This document shows, one piece after another, positions 1 through 12,827 of a stretch of DNA of 64,000 nt. Below the pieces are notes generated by a model. It ran no database searches, was not told the origin of the DNA, and was given only the letters and a program-made list of their open reading frames with translations. This DNA is from an uncultured Gemmatimonadaceae bacterium. GTDB lineage: Bacteria; Gemmatimonadota; Gemmatimonadetes; Gemmatimonadales; Gemmatimonadaceae. The DNA is taken from the NCBI GenBank assembly GCA_963716745.1, contig OY970320.1:384001-448000 (forward strand). Direction: 5' to 3'. The position numbers and the translations under genes are program-made. Every line of letters begins with the position of its first letter. Position 1 is the first letter of the stretch.

Positions 1-773
1 GCGGATCTTCGCCTGCTCCAGCACCGCGGTGATCTTCTCCACGGCGCGCCGGGTGGAGGCGTACACGATCGCCTGCCGGGGAACTGCTTGAGCACGCGCA
101 CGAGCGCTCCGTCCTTGTCGTCCTCGGTGCGCGTGCGGATCACGTGATAGCCGAGATTCGCGCGGTCGAAGCCGGTGACGATGATCTCGGGTTGCGAAAG
201 GCCGAGTTGCTTGACGATATCCTTGCGCACCTCGGGGGTGGCCGTCGCCGTGAGCGCGATGGTGGGCGGGAGGCCGAGCCGCTCGCGCACCTGACGCACG
301 CGCAGATAACTCGGGCGGAAATCGTGCCCCCATTCGCTGACGCAGTGCGCCTCATCGATGGCGAGCAGCGAGACGCCGATCGCGGCGATGCGGTCGAGCG
401 CGCGGCCCAGATCGAAGCGCTCCGGCGCCACATAGAGCAGCTTGAGCTCCCCGCGCTCGGCCCGCGCGAGGCGGTCGCTGATCTCGCCGCTCGAGAGCGT
501 GGAGTTGAGGAACGCCGCCGGGAGGCCGCGCGCGGTGAGCGCGTCCACCTGGTCCTTCATGAGCGAGATGAGTGGCGACACCACCACCGTGAGCTTGGGC
601 AGCAGCAGCGCCGGCGCCTGGTAGCAAAGGGATTTTCCGCCGCCGGTGGGGAGCACCACCAGCGTGTCGCGGCCCGCGAGAACCGACGCGATCGCCTGCT
701 CCTGCCCCGGTCGGAATCCGGCGAAGCCGAGACGCTCGGTGACGAGCGCGTGCACATCGGAGAGCGCCGGCAC
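1..773 (-). CDS. recQ: RecQ family ATP-dependent DNA helicase (5' part; runs off window start; apparent frameshift near 75)
   Basis: Manual translation from GTG at 773: MPALSDVHALVTERLGFAGFRPGQEQAIASVLAGRDTLVVLPTGGGKSLCYQ...IDEAHCVSEWGHDFRPSY...ALTATAT, i.e. RecQ motifs 0, I, II and III. Confidence 0.93.
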   Translation of the reverse strand, partial: MPALSDVHALVTERLGFAGFRPGQEQAIASVLAGRDTLVVLPTGGGKSLCYQAPALLLPKLTVVVSPLISLMKDQVDALTARGLPAAFLNSTLSSGEISDRLARAERGELKLLYVAPERFDLGRALDRIAAIGVSLLAIDEAHCVSEWGHDFRPSYLRVRQVRERLGLPPTIALTATATPEVRKDIVKQLGLSQPEIIVTGFDRANLGYHVIRTRTEDDKDGALVRVLKQFPGRRSCTPPPGAPWRRSPRCWSRRRS

Positions 774-774
774 G

Positions 775-3262
775 TCAGACCGCACGCACGTAGTGGCCGC
801 GCGTGAACTCGCCACCGACCAACGCGCGGATGGGCGCGGTGGCCGGCGTCTGGCCGGCGGCGAGCTCGTCGAGCGCCGCACGCCACCGCTTCACGGTGTC
901 CGCCACCGGATCGCGCGGCACGTTGAACAGCAGCCGGTAGCCGCGAATGCCCGAGCGCCACAGGCGCGGCAGGAACTCCGATGCCTCGATCGGCCGCGAG
1001 TGCAGCAGCCGGTTGCGGCACTGCCCGTCGGTGGCCACCGGGAAGGTGTAGCCGGCGGGATCGGTGAGCTCCACCTCGGGGTGCTTCTGCACGCAGAGGT
1101 CGCGGCACGTAGTGACGACGCGGTCGAACGCGGCCGAGAGCACGCAGTGTTCGATCGTCATTCCCTCGGGGCGTCCGTAGGCGAGCACATCGAAGCCCGC
1201 GCCATTCCATGGCGCGGTGACCGCGGCGATCTCGTCGAGCGTGAGTTCCACGCTCAGCACGAGACGGCGGGCGCCGAGTTTGAAATACTCGGCCGCAGTG
1301 TGCTGATTGAACACGTTGAGCGCGTAGTCGCCAATGATGTCCTTCCCCTCGGCGGCCATCTCGGCGACGAGGCCCGCGTGCCCCGAGAGGAACGGGACAT
1401 CGAGGTCCAGCCACTTCTCGATCGCGCCGCGGTCATCGGGGCGAACGATGGTCGGCGTGCGCAGGCGGAATCCGATCCCGCGTTCCGCAAGTTCCTGGGC
1501 GAGCGTGCGCACGCGGGAGACCGGCGGCATGGGATGCCGCAGGAACGGATCGAGCGCGATCTCGGTGGCGCCGGCGTCGGCGGCGGCGCGCGCGTCCTCC
1601 GTGTTGTAGACATTGGCGCTGAGCATGAATGCGCCCTGCTCCGTTCGCGGCGCGACATCGAGGGCGCGCACCGCCGCGGCGATGCGCTCTCGCCGGCCGG
1701 CCACGTGGACCTCGGCCGCTCCGTCGCGCGACTCGCCAAGCTGCACGACCGCCCGCTGGCGAAGATCGTTCAGCTCCGACACGGGCAGGAACATGCCCGG
1801 CGCGAGCGCCGAGTCGTCCACAGTGCCGAGCACGAAGGGTGTGCCGCCGAGCCGTCCGAACTGTTCGCGCAGCTGCGCTTGATCCAGCGCACGCTTCGAA
1901 GCGGGGGCGAGCGTGATCGTGCTCTGGAGTTTCACCGCATCGTCGCCGGCGCTGAAGATCATCGTGAGCGGCGCGCCCGCGCCGCCGATCGCGCGCGCGT
2001 CGAGCCGCACGGCGTGTCCGGCCGTTGGCGTGGCGATGTTCGCGAAGCTCGCTCGCGCGCGCTCGTTGAGCGACGGCTGCGACGTGCGATACACGCGCCA
2101 TCCACTGGGCACGCGCTCGCGCGCCGGGACCACTTGCCGCGTGATGCCGTTCGCGAACGCGAGATTGCGCACGCGCGCCACTGAGAAGCCCATCGAGCGG
2201 CCGCTCGTGCCCTCGGGCGGTTCGAATCCCAGCCCATCACCCGGCGCGATGGGCGACGAGACCTCGACGGTGATCTCGCCGTCGCCGGTCGCCGTCACCG
2301 TGCCGAGCAGCACGCCGTGGTTGTCGGGCTGCAGACGCGTGATGTAGTCGCGTCCGGCGCGGCCGCCGAACATGCCACCGGTGAAGCCGCGGCTGAAGAT
2401 CTGCACGAGCTCGGGGTGCTCGGTGGCCGGCGGCAGCACGCGTTCGCCGCGCGACAACGCGGCCCAGCAGCTCGCGATAGCTGCGCGTGACGGTCGCCAC
2501 GTATTCCGGCTTCTTCTTCCGGCCTTCGATCTTGAGCGTGCTGATGCCGATCTCGGCGAGTTCCGCGAGATGCTCGGTGGCGCCAAGGTCCTTGGCCGAG
2601 ATCAGAAATCCCTCGTCGAGCATGTCGCCAGTGCGGCCGTCCTTGAGCGCGTAGCCTTTCCGGCATGACTGCGCGCACGATCCGCGATTCGCGCTGCGTT
2701 CCGAGATCATCCCCGACATCAGGCATTGGCCCGAGTACGCGATGCACAATGCGCCGTGCACGAAGGTCTCGAGCTCGAGATCCGGCACCGCGCTGTGGAT
2801 GGCGCGCACATCGTCGAGCGTGTTCTCGCGCGCGAGCACGACGCGCTGGATGCCGAGCCGCTCGGCCAGGCGCGCGCCGCTGGCGTCGTGCACCGTCATC
2901 TGCGTGCTGCCATGGATGGCGAAGCCGGGATACACGGCCTGGATCAGGCGCACTGCGCCCACATCCTGCACGAGCGCCGCGTCGATGCCGCGGTCGATGC
3001 ATTCGCCCAGCAACTCGAGCGCATCCTCGAGTTCGGCCGGCTTGAGCAGCGTGTTGAGCGTGAGGTAGATGCGCGCCGACCGCGCGTGCGCGATGCGGCA
3101 CGCGGCGGCCACCTCGTCGAGAGTGAGCTGCGCTCCTTCGTCGCGCGCGTTGAACCGCTCGGCGCCCAGGTAGACCGCATCCGCTCCGTTCGCGACGGCG
3201 GCGCGCACCGCGTCGAGCGAGCCGGCGGGCGCGAGCAGCTCCGGGATGCGGCGCGTCGTCAT
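775..3262 (-). CDS. U32 family peptidase-like Fe-S protein with DUF3656-like region (RlhA-like, probable 23S rRNA hydroxylation protein); frameshift near 2460
   Basis: PELLAPAGSLDAVRAAVANGADAVYLG, ETFVHGALCIAYSGQCLMS, ANRGSCAQSCR and LKIEGRKK in ORF 2237..3457; continues in ORF 775..2586 (FSRGFTGG, EQFGRLGGTPF). Confidence 0.85.
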
Positions 3263-3457
3263 GGCGCGGCGCTCGGCCTCGCGGGGCGTCTTCAGGAAGC
3301 GCAGCAGGAACGCGAGCGCCACCATGCCGATCGCGGCCATCATGACCAGCCGGCGAGCCCTCGCGCCACCCGACGAACCAGATGACGAGCGCCACCAAGA
3401 GGAGCGCCATCTGAGCTTGGAACAGTCGCATCCGAGCGGCGTGTCGAGCCGGCTCAT
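3259..3457 (-). CDS. small hypothetical membrane protein (reading frame broken)
   Basis: Two hydrophobic segments in different frames (QMALLLVALVIWFVGW; LVMMAAIGMVALAFLLRFL) fill the gap between ATGA-type overlaps. Confidence 0.4.
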
Positions 3458-4222
3458 GCGCCTTCCTTGCCGCGCGCGAACCGCATGACGCCCTCGCGGA
3501 AATCAGGCGTGGCGCGCGATTCGACGTTCGTCTGCGCTCCGAGCGAGATGCCGGCTTCGAAGCCCCGCGTGTCCAGCGAATAGAAGAGCTTCTTCGTGAG
3601 CCGAAGTGCGTTCGCGGAAGTGGCCGCGAGTGCCGCGACGAACTTCTCGACGTCGGCCTCGAACGCAGCGGCCGGGAACACGCGGCTCACGAGCCCGAGC
3701 GCCAGCGCTTCGCGTGCATCCACCTGCCGGCCCGTCGCGACCAGTTCGAACGCCGGCTTCTCGCCGACGGTGCGGCGCAGCATGGTCATCACCATCGCCG
3801 GCACGAATCCGACGCGCACCTCGGGATATCCGAAGCGCGACTCCTCGTGCGCGAGCACGATGTCGCACGCGGTCGCGAGTCCGGCGCCGCCGGCGATCGC
3901 GCGGCCGCGCACCGCCGCCACCACCGGCTTCGGCAGGCCGCGCAGCATCACGAACAGCTCGCCGAGCAGGTCGGCGTCGCGCCGCTGCGCGTCGGGGCCG
4001 GCGTCGAGCATCGCGGCGAGCGCTTCGAGGTCGGCGCCCGCGCAGAAATCCGCGCCTTCGGCGTCAATGAGCAGCACGCGCACCGCCGCATCGGCGCCCG
4101 CGGCTCTCACCGCATCGAGCAGCGCCTGCGACCATCGCCTGGTCGAGCGCATTGCGCTTGTCGGCGCGCGCGAGCGTGATGCGCGCCACGCCGGCGGCGG
4201 TCGCCGTACGAACGCGCGTCAT
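3454..4222 (-). CDS. enoyl-CoA hydratase/isomerase (crotonase; methylglutaconyl-CoA hydratase-like); frameshift near 4137
   Basis: [13 protein letters not shown]...FCAGADL...[13 protein letters not shown]...[12 protein letters not shown]. Confidence 0.9.
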
Positions 4223-4576
4223 TCGGGCGCCTCGGGAAGGGCGAGTTTCTTCGCGGTCGGCATCCGGCACGTCGATCACGAGACGCAGCAGCGACGTGGA
4301 GAACACCTTCCCCTGCGCGTCGGTCTTGAGCGACACCGTTCCTCCGCCGCCGAGCGCGCCATGCAGCAGGAAATTGAGCGCGATGAGGTTCGGGAGCTCG
4401 AACCGTTCCACCGGACCCGTGATCTCCGCGCCGTAGTGCTGCGTGACGCGCGCCGCCGTGACGTGTTCGACGAGCACCGGATACCACTCGGCGCGCAGCG
4501 CGATGAGCCCGACGTTCGCGGTGTCGCCCTTGTCGCCGGAGCGCGCGTGCGCGATGTCGAGCAGGCGGACCCTCAT
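4219..4576 (-). CDS. AtuA-associated small protein (stand-alone AtuA C-terminal-like domain)
   Basis: [26 protein letters not shown]...[35 protein letters not shown]; the stop appears shifted by an indel. Confidence 0.8.
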
Positions 4577-5934
4577 GCGCCCACCGTGACGCTCGTCGTG
4601 ACGACGCTCTTGCTCACGAGCGCCGGCCAATAGGCGACGACGTCCTCCACCTTCGGCCGGCCGCCCGCGAAGCCCGTGACACTGGGCGGGCCGTTGAGCA
4701 CGAGCGGCACGATCTCGCGCGTGAATCGCTCGACCATCTTGCGATCGCCGCCGCGCACGGCGACGCGGAGCTGCACCTCCGGAAGATCGGGCGGCTGTGC
4801 CCGCGAGCGCGCCGTGCGTCGCCGATGCGCCGACGAACTCCACGCGCACTTCGTCGAACTTGAGACCCAGGGTGTCGAGGCGCTCGCGCAAGACGCGGCC
4901 CGCGAGCTGCGCCTTCTCCAGCGCGTCGGGCCACGCGTACACCAGCGTGCCCACCGCCTTGTAGCCGGCGCGATACGCGATCGAGACCTTGAGGAACTCC
5001 GTGGCCGGCCGTCCTTTGATCCCGCTCACGCGCACGCGATCCTTCCCGGCGTCCGCGAGCTGGATCGTCGCGAAATCCGCGATCACGTCGGGCGTGATGT
5101 ACGCGTGCGGATCACCCATCTCGTACACGAGCTGCTCGGTGATCCCGGGCACGTCCACGATGCCGCCGGTGCCGGCATGCTTGGTGACGATGAACGTGCC
5201 ATCGGCCGACGCCTCGACGATCGGATAGCCGACGTTCGCGAGATCGGGCACCGAGCGCCAATCGCGCAGGCGGTTGCCGCCGGAACTCTGCGCGCCGCAT
5301 TCGATGATGTGACCGGCAACGATGCCGGCCGCGAGGCGGTCCCAATCCGAATCGCCCCAGCCGAATTCGTGGCGCAGCGGCGCCATCGTGAGCGCGGTGT
5401 CGGTGGAGCGGCCCGTGATGACGACGTTCGCGCCCTTCGCGAGCGCCTCCACGATGGGCGCCGAACCGAGGTACGCGTTGGCCGAGAGCACGCGGTCGCG
5501 GATCGTGGACGAGCGGCTCGCCGGTCTCCATGTTCTTGAGCGCGTGGCCGGCGGCGAGCAGCGCGTCGAGCCGCGGCAGCAGATCGTCGCCGGTCACGAC
5601 GCCGATGCGGATCTTGTCCGCGACGCGCCGCCGCGCGCGCCGATGCGGTCACCGCGGCGGCGCAAGCGACCGGATTCACGCCGCCCGCGTTCGCGATCAC
5701 TTTCACGCCGCGCTCGGCGACGCCCGCGTAGATGCTCTCCATCGCGCCGACGAAATCGCGCGCGTAGCCCATGTTGCGGATCGCGCTCCTTCTGCTTCTG
5801 AAGGATCGACATCGTCACTTCGGCCAGATAGTCGAGCATGAGGTAGTCGATCGGCCCGCCCTCCACCTGGCGGCGCGGCGCTTCGAGCCAATCGCCCCAG
5901 AATCCCTGTCCCGCGGCGACGCGCACGACGCGGC

Positions 5935-5938
<4 letters not shown>
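4573..5938 (-). CDS. acyclic terpene utilization AtuA family protein (DUF1446); several frameshifts
   Basis: [12 protein letters not shown]...[22 protein letters not shown]...[16 protein letters not shown]...VITGRSTD...[14 protein letters not shown]...[10 protein letters not shown], spread over several frames. Confidence 0.88.
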
Positions 5939-7545
<1,607 letters not shown>

Positions 7546-7549
<4 letters not shown>

Positions 7550-7960
7550 GCGTCCTGCCGCTGGCGCTCGGCGAACCACTCGCGGATGTAGTCCGCGAGA
7601 TCGGACGTCTTGGTGCCCGGGTCCGAAGAGTTTGCCGATGCCGCGGCGCTGCAGGTCTTCGATGTCCTCGGCCGGAAGGATCCCGCCGCCGGTGATGAGG
7701 ATGTCGTCGCGGCCGGCGGCGCGCAGCAGCTCGAGCACGCGCGGGAAGAGCGTCATGTGCGCGCCGCTGAGGATCGAGAGGCCCACGACGTCCACATCCT
7801 CCTGCACCGCGGCGTTCGCGATCATCTCCGGCGTCTGGTGCAGCCCGGTGTAGATGACCTCCATGCCGGCGTCGCGGAGCGCCGCGGCGACGACCTTCGC
7901 CCCCCGGTCGTGACCATCGAGACCGGGCTTGGCGATCAACACGCGAATGGGTCGCGGCAT
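7546..7960 (-). CDS. cobalamin-binding small subunit of acyl-CoA mutase (IcmB/MutB C-terminal type); frameshift near 7618
   Basis: [19 protein letters not shown] (DxHxxG B12 motif)...GLSILSGAH...GGGI. Confidence 0.92.
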
Positions 7961-8003
7961 CTCAGGCGAAGTGGGAGGTGGGTGGGCGCAACTCGGTATA
8001 AGT

Positions 8004-8783
8004 CTAGCGTCTACGCCGTGCGCGCGGCAACTCATCTTTGCGCGCGAGAAGGACCATTTCAGCGGAGCGGCGCGTGAGCGGCGCGTCACGCCATCCGTCG
8101 AACGCCTGCTCCACGATGAGGCCGGCCGCGGCGCAGAGTTCGGCCAGCCGGCTGGCCGTGTACAGCCGGATACGATGGTCGCGTTGGCCATGGTCCCGGG
8201 GGCCGCTCCACTCGGCGTGCACGCTGAGCACGCCGCTCAGCGGATCGAACTCCCGCTCGTGCGCGATCATCGTGCCATCCGACGTGCGCCACCAATCGCG
8301 CGAGAGGAAGCGCGCCATGACGCCGTCGCGGCTGCCGCCGTGCCAGATGAGCACGCCGCCGGGCTTGAGCACGCGCGCGAACTCGTGGATCACCCGCGCA
8401 TCGTCGGCCGGGTTGAGGAAGAAGCCGAACGACGTGAAGAGGTTCACCACGGCGTCGAAGCGTCCGGTCCACTTCGCGTCGAGGCGGCGCATGTCGCCGC
8501 GCACGTAGCGAAGCGTGGCAGACGTGCCGCGTGCCCGCGCGACCTTGAGCAGCGCGGCCGAGAGATCGACACCGGTGACGTCGAAACCCGCTTCGGCGAG
8601 GAGATGCGCGTGGCGCCCCTGGCCGCAGGGCAGATCGAGGAGGCGCGCGCCGCTGGGGAGGCCGAGCAGTTCGAGCACGCGCGCCACCTCCGCGCGGTCG
8701 CGCGCGGCGGTGAACAACGGCTCGTACTCGCGCAGGTACTTCGCGTCGAAGTGCGTCTCCCACCACTCGCGCGGCGCAGGCAC
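8004..8783 (-). CDS. class I SAM-dependent methyltransferase
   Basis: [11 protein letters not shown] (motif I), [25 protein letters not shown]. Confidence 0.88.
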   Translation of the reverse strand: MPAPREWWETHFDAKYLREYEPLFTAARDRAEVARVLELLGLPSGARLLDLPCGQGRHAHLLAEAGFDVTGVDLSAALLKVARARGTSATLRYVRGDMRRLDAKWTGRFDAVVNLFTSFGFFLNPADDARVIHEFARVLKPGGVLIWHGGSRDGVMARFLSRDWWRTSDGTMIAHEREFDPLSGVLSVHAEWSGPRDHGQRDHRIRLYTASRLAELCAAAGLIVEQAFDGWRDAPLTRRSAEMVLLARKDELPRARRRR

Positions 8784-8793
8784 CGGGCCGGCC

Positions 8794-10489
8794 CTAGAAG
8801 AAGACGGGCTCGCGATACGCGCCGAAGACGTCCTCCATCGCGGCCCGGATCTCGTACAGCGTGCAGTAGGCGCGCGCGCAGTCGAGGATGAACGGCACGA
8901 GGTTCTGCTCCGTCTTCGCGGCGTCGCGGAGCGCCGCGATGCGGCGCGCGCAGAGGTCGTTGTCGCGGGCGGCGCGCATCGCCTTCATCCGGGCGCGCTG
9001 CTCCTGCTCCGTGTGCTCGCCGATCTTGAGCAGCGGGATCGTGAGCGCGTCCTCTTCGGTGACGAAGTCGTTCACGCCCACGATCACGCGGCGGTGCTGC
9101 TCCACTTCCCACTGCTGGCGCGCCGCGCTCTCCGCGATCTTGCGCTGGAGCCACCCGATCTCGAGCGCCCGCACCACGCCGCCCTGGAGCGCGATCTCCT
9201 CGAACAGCGCTTCGGCCTCGCGCTCGAGCTTGTCGGTGAGCGACTCCACGTAGTACGACCCGCCCAGCGGATCGAGCACGTTGGGCACGCCGGTCTCGTA
9301 CGCGAGCACCTGCTGCGTGCGCAGCGCCACCTGCACCGAATGCTCGGTGGGCAGCGCGAGCGTCTCGTCCATCGAATTCGTGTGCAGCGACTGCGTGCCG
9401 CCGAGCACCGCCGCGAGCGCCTGGTACGCCACGCGCACGATGTTGTTCATCGGCTGCTGCGCGGTGAGCGTCACGCCCGCGGTCTGCGAGTGGAAACGCA
9501 TCATCCACGAGCGCGGATCCTTCGCGCCGTAGCGCTCCTTCATGTGGCGCGCCCAGATGCGGCGCGCGGCGCGCAGCTTCGCGATCTCCTCGAAGAAATC
9601 GTTGTGGATGTCCCAGAAGAACGAGAGGCGCGGCGCGAAGTCATCCACCTTGAGCCCGCGCGCGATGCCGCGCTCGACGTACGTGAAGCCGTCGGCGAGC
9701 GTGAACGCGAGCTCCTGCACCGCCGTGGATCCGGCCTCGCGGATGTGGTAGCCGGAGATCGAGATCGTGTTCCAGTGCGGCGCGTGCGTGGCGCTCCACT
9801 CGAAGCCGTCCACGATGAGGCGCAGCGCGGGCTCGATCGGGATACACCCACGCGTGCTGCGCCATGTACTCTTTCAGGATGTCGTTCTGGACCGTGCCGC
9901 GCAGTTTGCGCGAGTCGACGCCCTGCTTCTCGGCCGCCGCGATGTAGAAGCAATACAGGATGATCGCGGGCCCGTTGATCGTCATGGACGTCGAGACCTG
10001 ATCGAGCGGGATCCCGTCGAAGAGCGTCTCCATGTCGGCGAGACTCGAGATCGCCACGCCGCACTTGCCTACCTCGCCTTCGGAGCGCGGATGGTCGGAG
10101 TCGTATCCCATCAGCGTCGGGAAATCGAACGCGACCGAGAGGCCCGTCTGCCCGTGCTCGAGGAGGAACTTGTAGCGTGCGTTCGTGTCGCTGGCGCTGC
10201 CGAAGCCGGCGAACTGCCGCATCGTCCACAGTTTGCCGCGATAGCCGGTCGGGTGGATGCCGCGCGTGAACGGATAGGTGCCCGGAACGCCGAGCGCCGT
10301 CACGTCGCTCGCGTGCTCATCGGCCGCGCTGAAGAGCGGCTCCACCGGCCCCGAGGAATTCGTGAACGCGAGATCGCGCAGTTCGCCCTTCGCGTATCGG
10401 GCGCGCCACTCGGCGAGCTCGGCGCGGAGGCGCGCGATCTCGGCGTCGGCGTCGGTTCCCGTGTGCAACGGCTCGCGGATCGTCGTCAT
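8794..10489 (-). CDS. B12-dependent acyl-CoA mutase large subunit with isobutyryl-CoA mutase (IcmA)-type active-site residues; frameshift near 9840
   Basis: [10 protein letters not shown]...[10 protein letters not shown]...[10 protein letters not shown]...STSMTING...[14 protein letters not shown]...[11 protein letters not shown]...[10 protein letters not shown]. Confidence 0.9.
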
Positions 10490-11580
10490 GTCGAGCTCCT
10501 TGGCGTCTTGCCGCCGGCCAGCCGCGTCGCGCTCTCGGCGAGCAGCGCCTGGGCCGCCGCGAAAGGCGTGAGCACGCCGGCTTCGAGTGGCTCGAGTTGC
10601 GCGTCGAGCCATTCGTTCACCGCACCGTCGTCCCATAGGCGGGCACGCAACTGACGTTCGGCCGCGTCCACCACCCGTTCTCGCAGACGCCGCCGGCGCC
10701 GCTCGCGCAACCCGCCGCTCTTCTGAAGATACTCGAAGTGGCGGTCGAGCGCCGCCGACAATTCCGTTACGCCCTCGCCCTTCGCCGCTATCGTGGCAAG
10801 CACGGGCGGCGTCCAGCGGTCCTCGTCGCTCGCGTTCGCCGCTTTCCGCGCTGCGTACGCCGGATTCTTCGGCTTGAGCTCCACCCCATGATGCGCCGGC
10901 ATGTTCTTGAAGATCTGACCGAGACGAAGGCCGAGCATGAGCTCCACCTCGTTGCGGAGTCGGTCGGCGCCCGGACGGTCGGCCTTGTTCACGACGAAGA
11001 GATCGGCGATCTCCATGAGGCCCGCCTTCATCGTCTGGATCGAGTCGCCGGATTCCGGCACGAGCACCACGACGCTCGAATCGGCGGTGCGCGCGATGTC
11101 GAGTTCGCTCTGGCCGACGCCCACGGTCTCGAGGATGATGCGGTCGAAGCCGTACGCATCGAGCACGTCCGCCGTCTCGCGGGACGTCGCCGCGAGACCG
11201 CCGAGCGCGCCGCGCGTCGCCATGGAGCGGATGAAGATGCCGGGGTCGAGCGCGACCTCCTCCATGCGGATCCGGTCGCCGAGCAACGCGCCGCCGGTGA
11301 ACGGCGACGTGGGATCGACGGCGATGATCCCGACCGTGTGTCCCTGCGCGCGCCACAATGCCGCGAGCCGTACCACGAGCGTGCTCTTCCCGGCTCCCGG
11401 CGGTCCGGTGATGCCGATGCGGCGCGCGTGTCCGAGCTTGGCGTGCAGCGCCGCGAGCAGCTCGTCGCTGCCCGCGCGATGATTCTCCACGATCGAGACG
11501 GCGCGCGCGAGCGCCGCCGGCCGCCGCTCACGGAACTCGCCGAGCAGCGTCTCGATCGCGGTAGGCGCATTCGTCGTCAC
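10486..11580 (-). CDS. meaB: MeaB/ArgK family GTPase chaperone of B12 mutases
   Basis: [47 protein letters not shown]. Confidence 0.93.
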   Translation of the reverse strand: MTTNAPTAIETLLGEFRERRPAALARAVSIVENHRAGSDELLAALHAKLGHARRIGITGPPGAGKSTLVVRLAALWRAQGHTVGIIAVDPTSPFTGGALLGDRIRMEEVALDPGIFIRSMATRGALGGLAATSRETADVLDAYGFDRIILETVGVGQSELDIARTADSSVVVLVPESGDSIQTMKAGLMEIADLFVVNKADRPGADRLRNEVELMLGLRLGQIFKNMPAHHGVELKPKNPAYAARKAANASDEDRWTPPVLATIAAKGEGVTELSAALDRHFEYLQKSGGLRERRRRRLRERVVDAAERQLRARLWDDGAVNEWLDAQLEPLEAGVLTPFAAAQALLAESATRLAGGKTPRSST

Positions 11581-12827
11581 CGGGCGCCGTCCAAGTCGAT
11601 CGCGCCGCCCCCGCCCGCGCGCTGCACGAGCAGCCGCACGACGCGCGACGGACTGGCCTCCACGACCGTGACTTCGAGGCCGCCCAGGCGGACGCGCTCG
11701 CCCACCACCGGGATCCGCTTGAGTCTGCGCGCCAACAGGCCGCCGATCGATTCCGCACGTTCATGCGGCTCCGGCACGATCGGCGCGTTGAACCGCGCCG
11801 CGACGTCGAATACCGGCGTGGATGCATCGAGCAAGACGGGCGACGCGCCGGCGCCGATCGCCGTGGGCGCCGCATCGTGCTCGTCGTGGATGTCGCCGAC
11901 CAATTCCTCCAGCAGATCCTCGAGCGTCACCACGCCCACCGTGCCGCCATGTTCGTCGAGCACCACGGCGAGATGCTGCTGTCCGGCGAGCATCTCGAAG
12001 AGGAGCGCGCTGCAGCGTTTCCCCGACGGGACCTGCGCCACGGGCCGCAGCGGCGGCCACGTCTCGCCCGCGGTCGCGAGCACGTCGAACACGTGCACGA
12101 TGCCGATGATCTCGTCGGGCGAGCCGCGATACACCGGTACGCGGCTGAATCCTGACTCGGCCACCGCGCGCGCCATCGCCTCCGCCGGCAGGTCGCGGTC
12201 GACCACCGTGATCGCGGTGCGAGGCGTCATGACCTCGCTCACCTGCTTCTCGCCGAACTCCACCACTTCGGAGATGAACGCGAGTTCCTTCCGCTCGCTG
12301 ATGCCTTCGATGTCGCCCTCGCGCAGCAGACCTTCGATCTCCCCGCGCTGGTCGACGACGGTCGCGCCGTCGCGCTCGCCACGGCGGCTCGCCGCGCGTG
12401 CGAGGAACATCACCGGCGCGAGCGACAGCGACGCGAGCCGCAGGATCGGCAGCAATGGCACGGCTAGGCGCGGCGCGAAATGGCGCGCGATCGCTCGCGG
12501 GATCGCCTGGCCGAGAATGAGGAACGCCGCGGCCACGAGCGCGACGCGCAATAGGAATCGCGCATCAACGGACTCCGCGTGCGTCCCGAGCAGCGCGCCG
12601 GTGAGCGCGATGACGAACGCCACCGCCGCCGTCGCGACCGCGAGCAGATGATGCGATTGCGCGAGGTACGTCCCGGCACGCGAGCTCGCGCCCGCGCCCG
12701 GCCCGAGCTGCGCCTCCACCCAATGGCGCACCCAGATGCGCGTCATCGCGCGCAACGTCATCGCGGCGGCGCTTAGGAACGCCACCACGAGCACGGCGCC
12801 GAACACGAACGGCCAGTGCAGGCTCAT
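11577..12827 (-). CDS. CNNM/hemolysin family protein (TM domain, CBS pair, CorC_HlyC)
   Basis: N-terminal TM helices; EVMTPR, FSRVPVY, AVVLDEHGGTVGVVTLEDLLEELVGDI. Confidence 0.88.
   Translation of the reverse strand: MSLHWPFVFGAVLVVAFLSAAAMTLRAMTRIWVRHWVEAQLGPGAGASSRAGTYLAQSHHLLAVATAAVAFVIALTGALLGTHAESVDARFLLRVALVAAAFLILGQAIPRAIARHFAPRLAVPLLPILRLASLSLAPVMFLARAASRRGERDGATVVDQRGEIEGLLREGDIEGISERKELAFISEVVEFGEKQVSEVMTPRTAITVVDRDLPAEAMARAVAESGFSRVPVYRGSPDEIIGIVHVFDVLATAGETWPPLRPVAQVPSGKRCSALLFEMLAGQQHLAVVLDEHGGTVGVVTLEDLLEELVGDIHDEHDAAPTAIGAGASPVLLDASTPVFDVAARFNAPIVPEPHERAESIGGLLARRLKRIPVVGERVRLGGLEVTVVEASPSRVVRLLVQRAGGGGAIDLDGAR

Noticed and set aside
4064..5491. AtuA/small protein/crotonase fusion ORF
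   Set aside because: Frameshift artefact; ATGA overlaps at 4573-4576 and 4219-4222 mark separate genes
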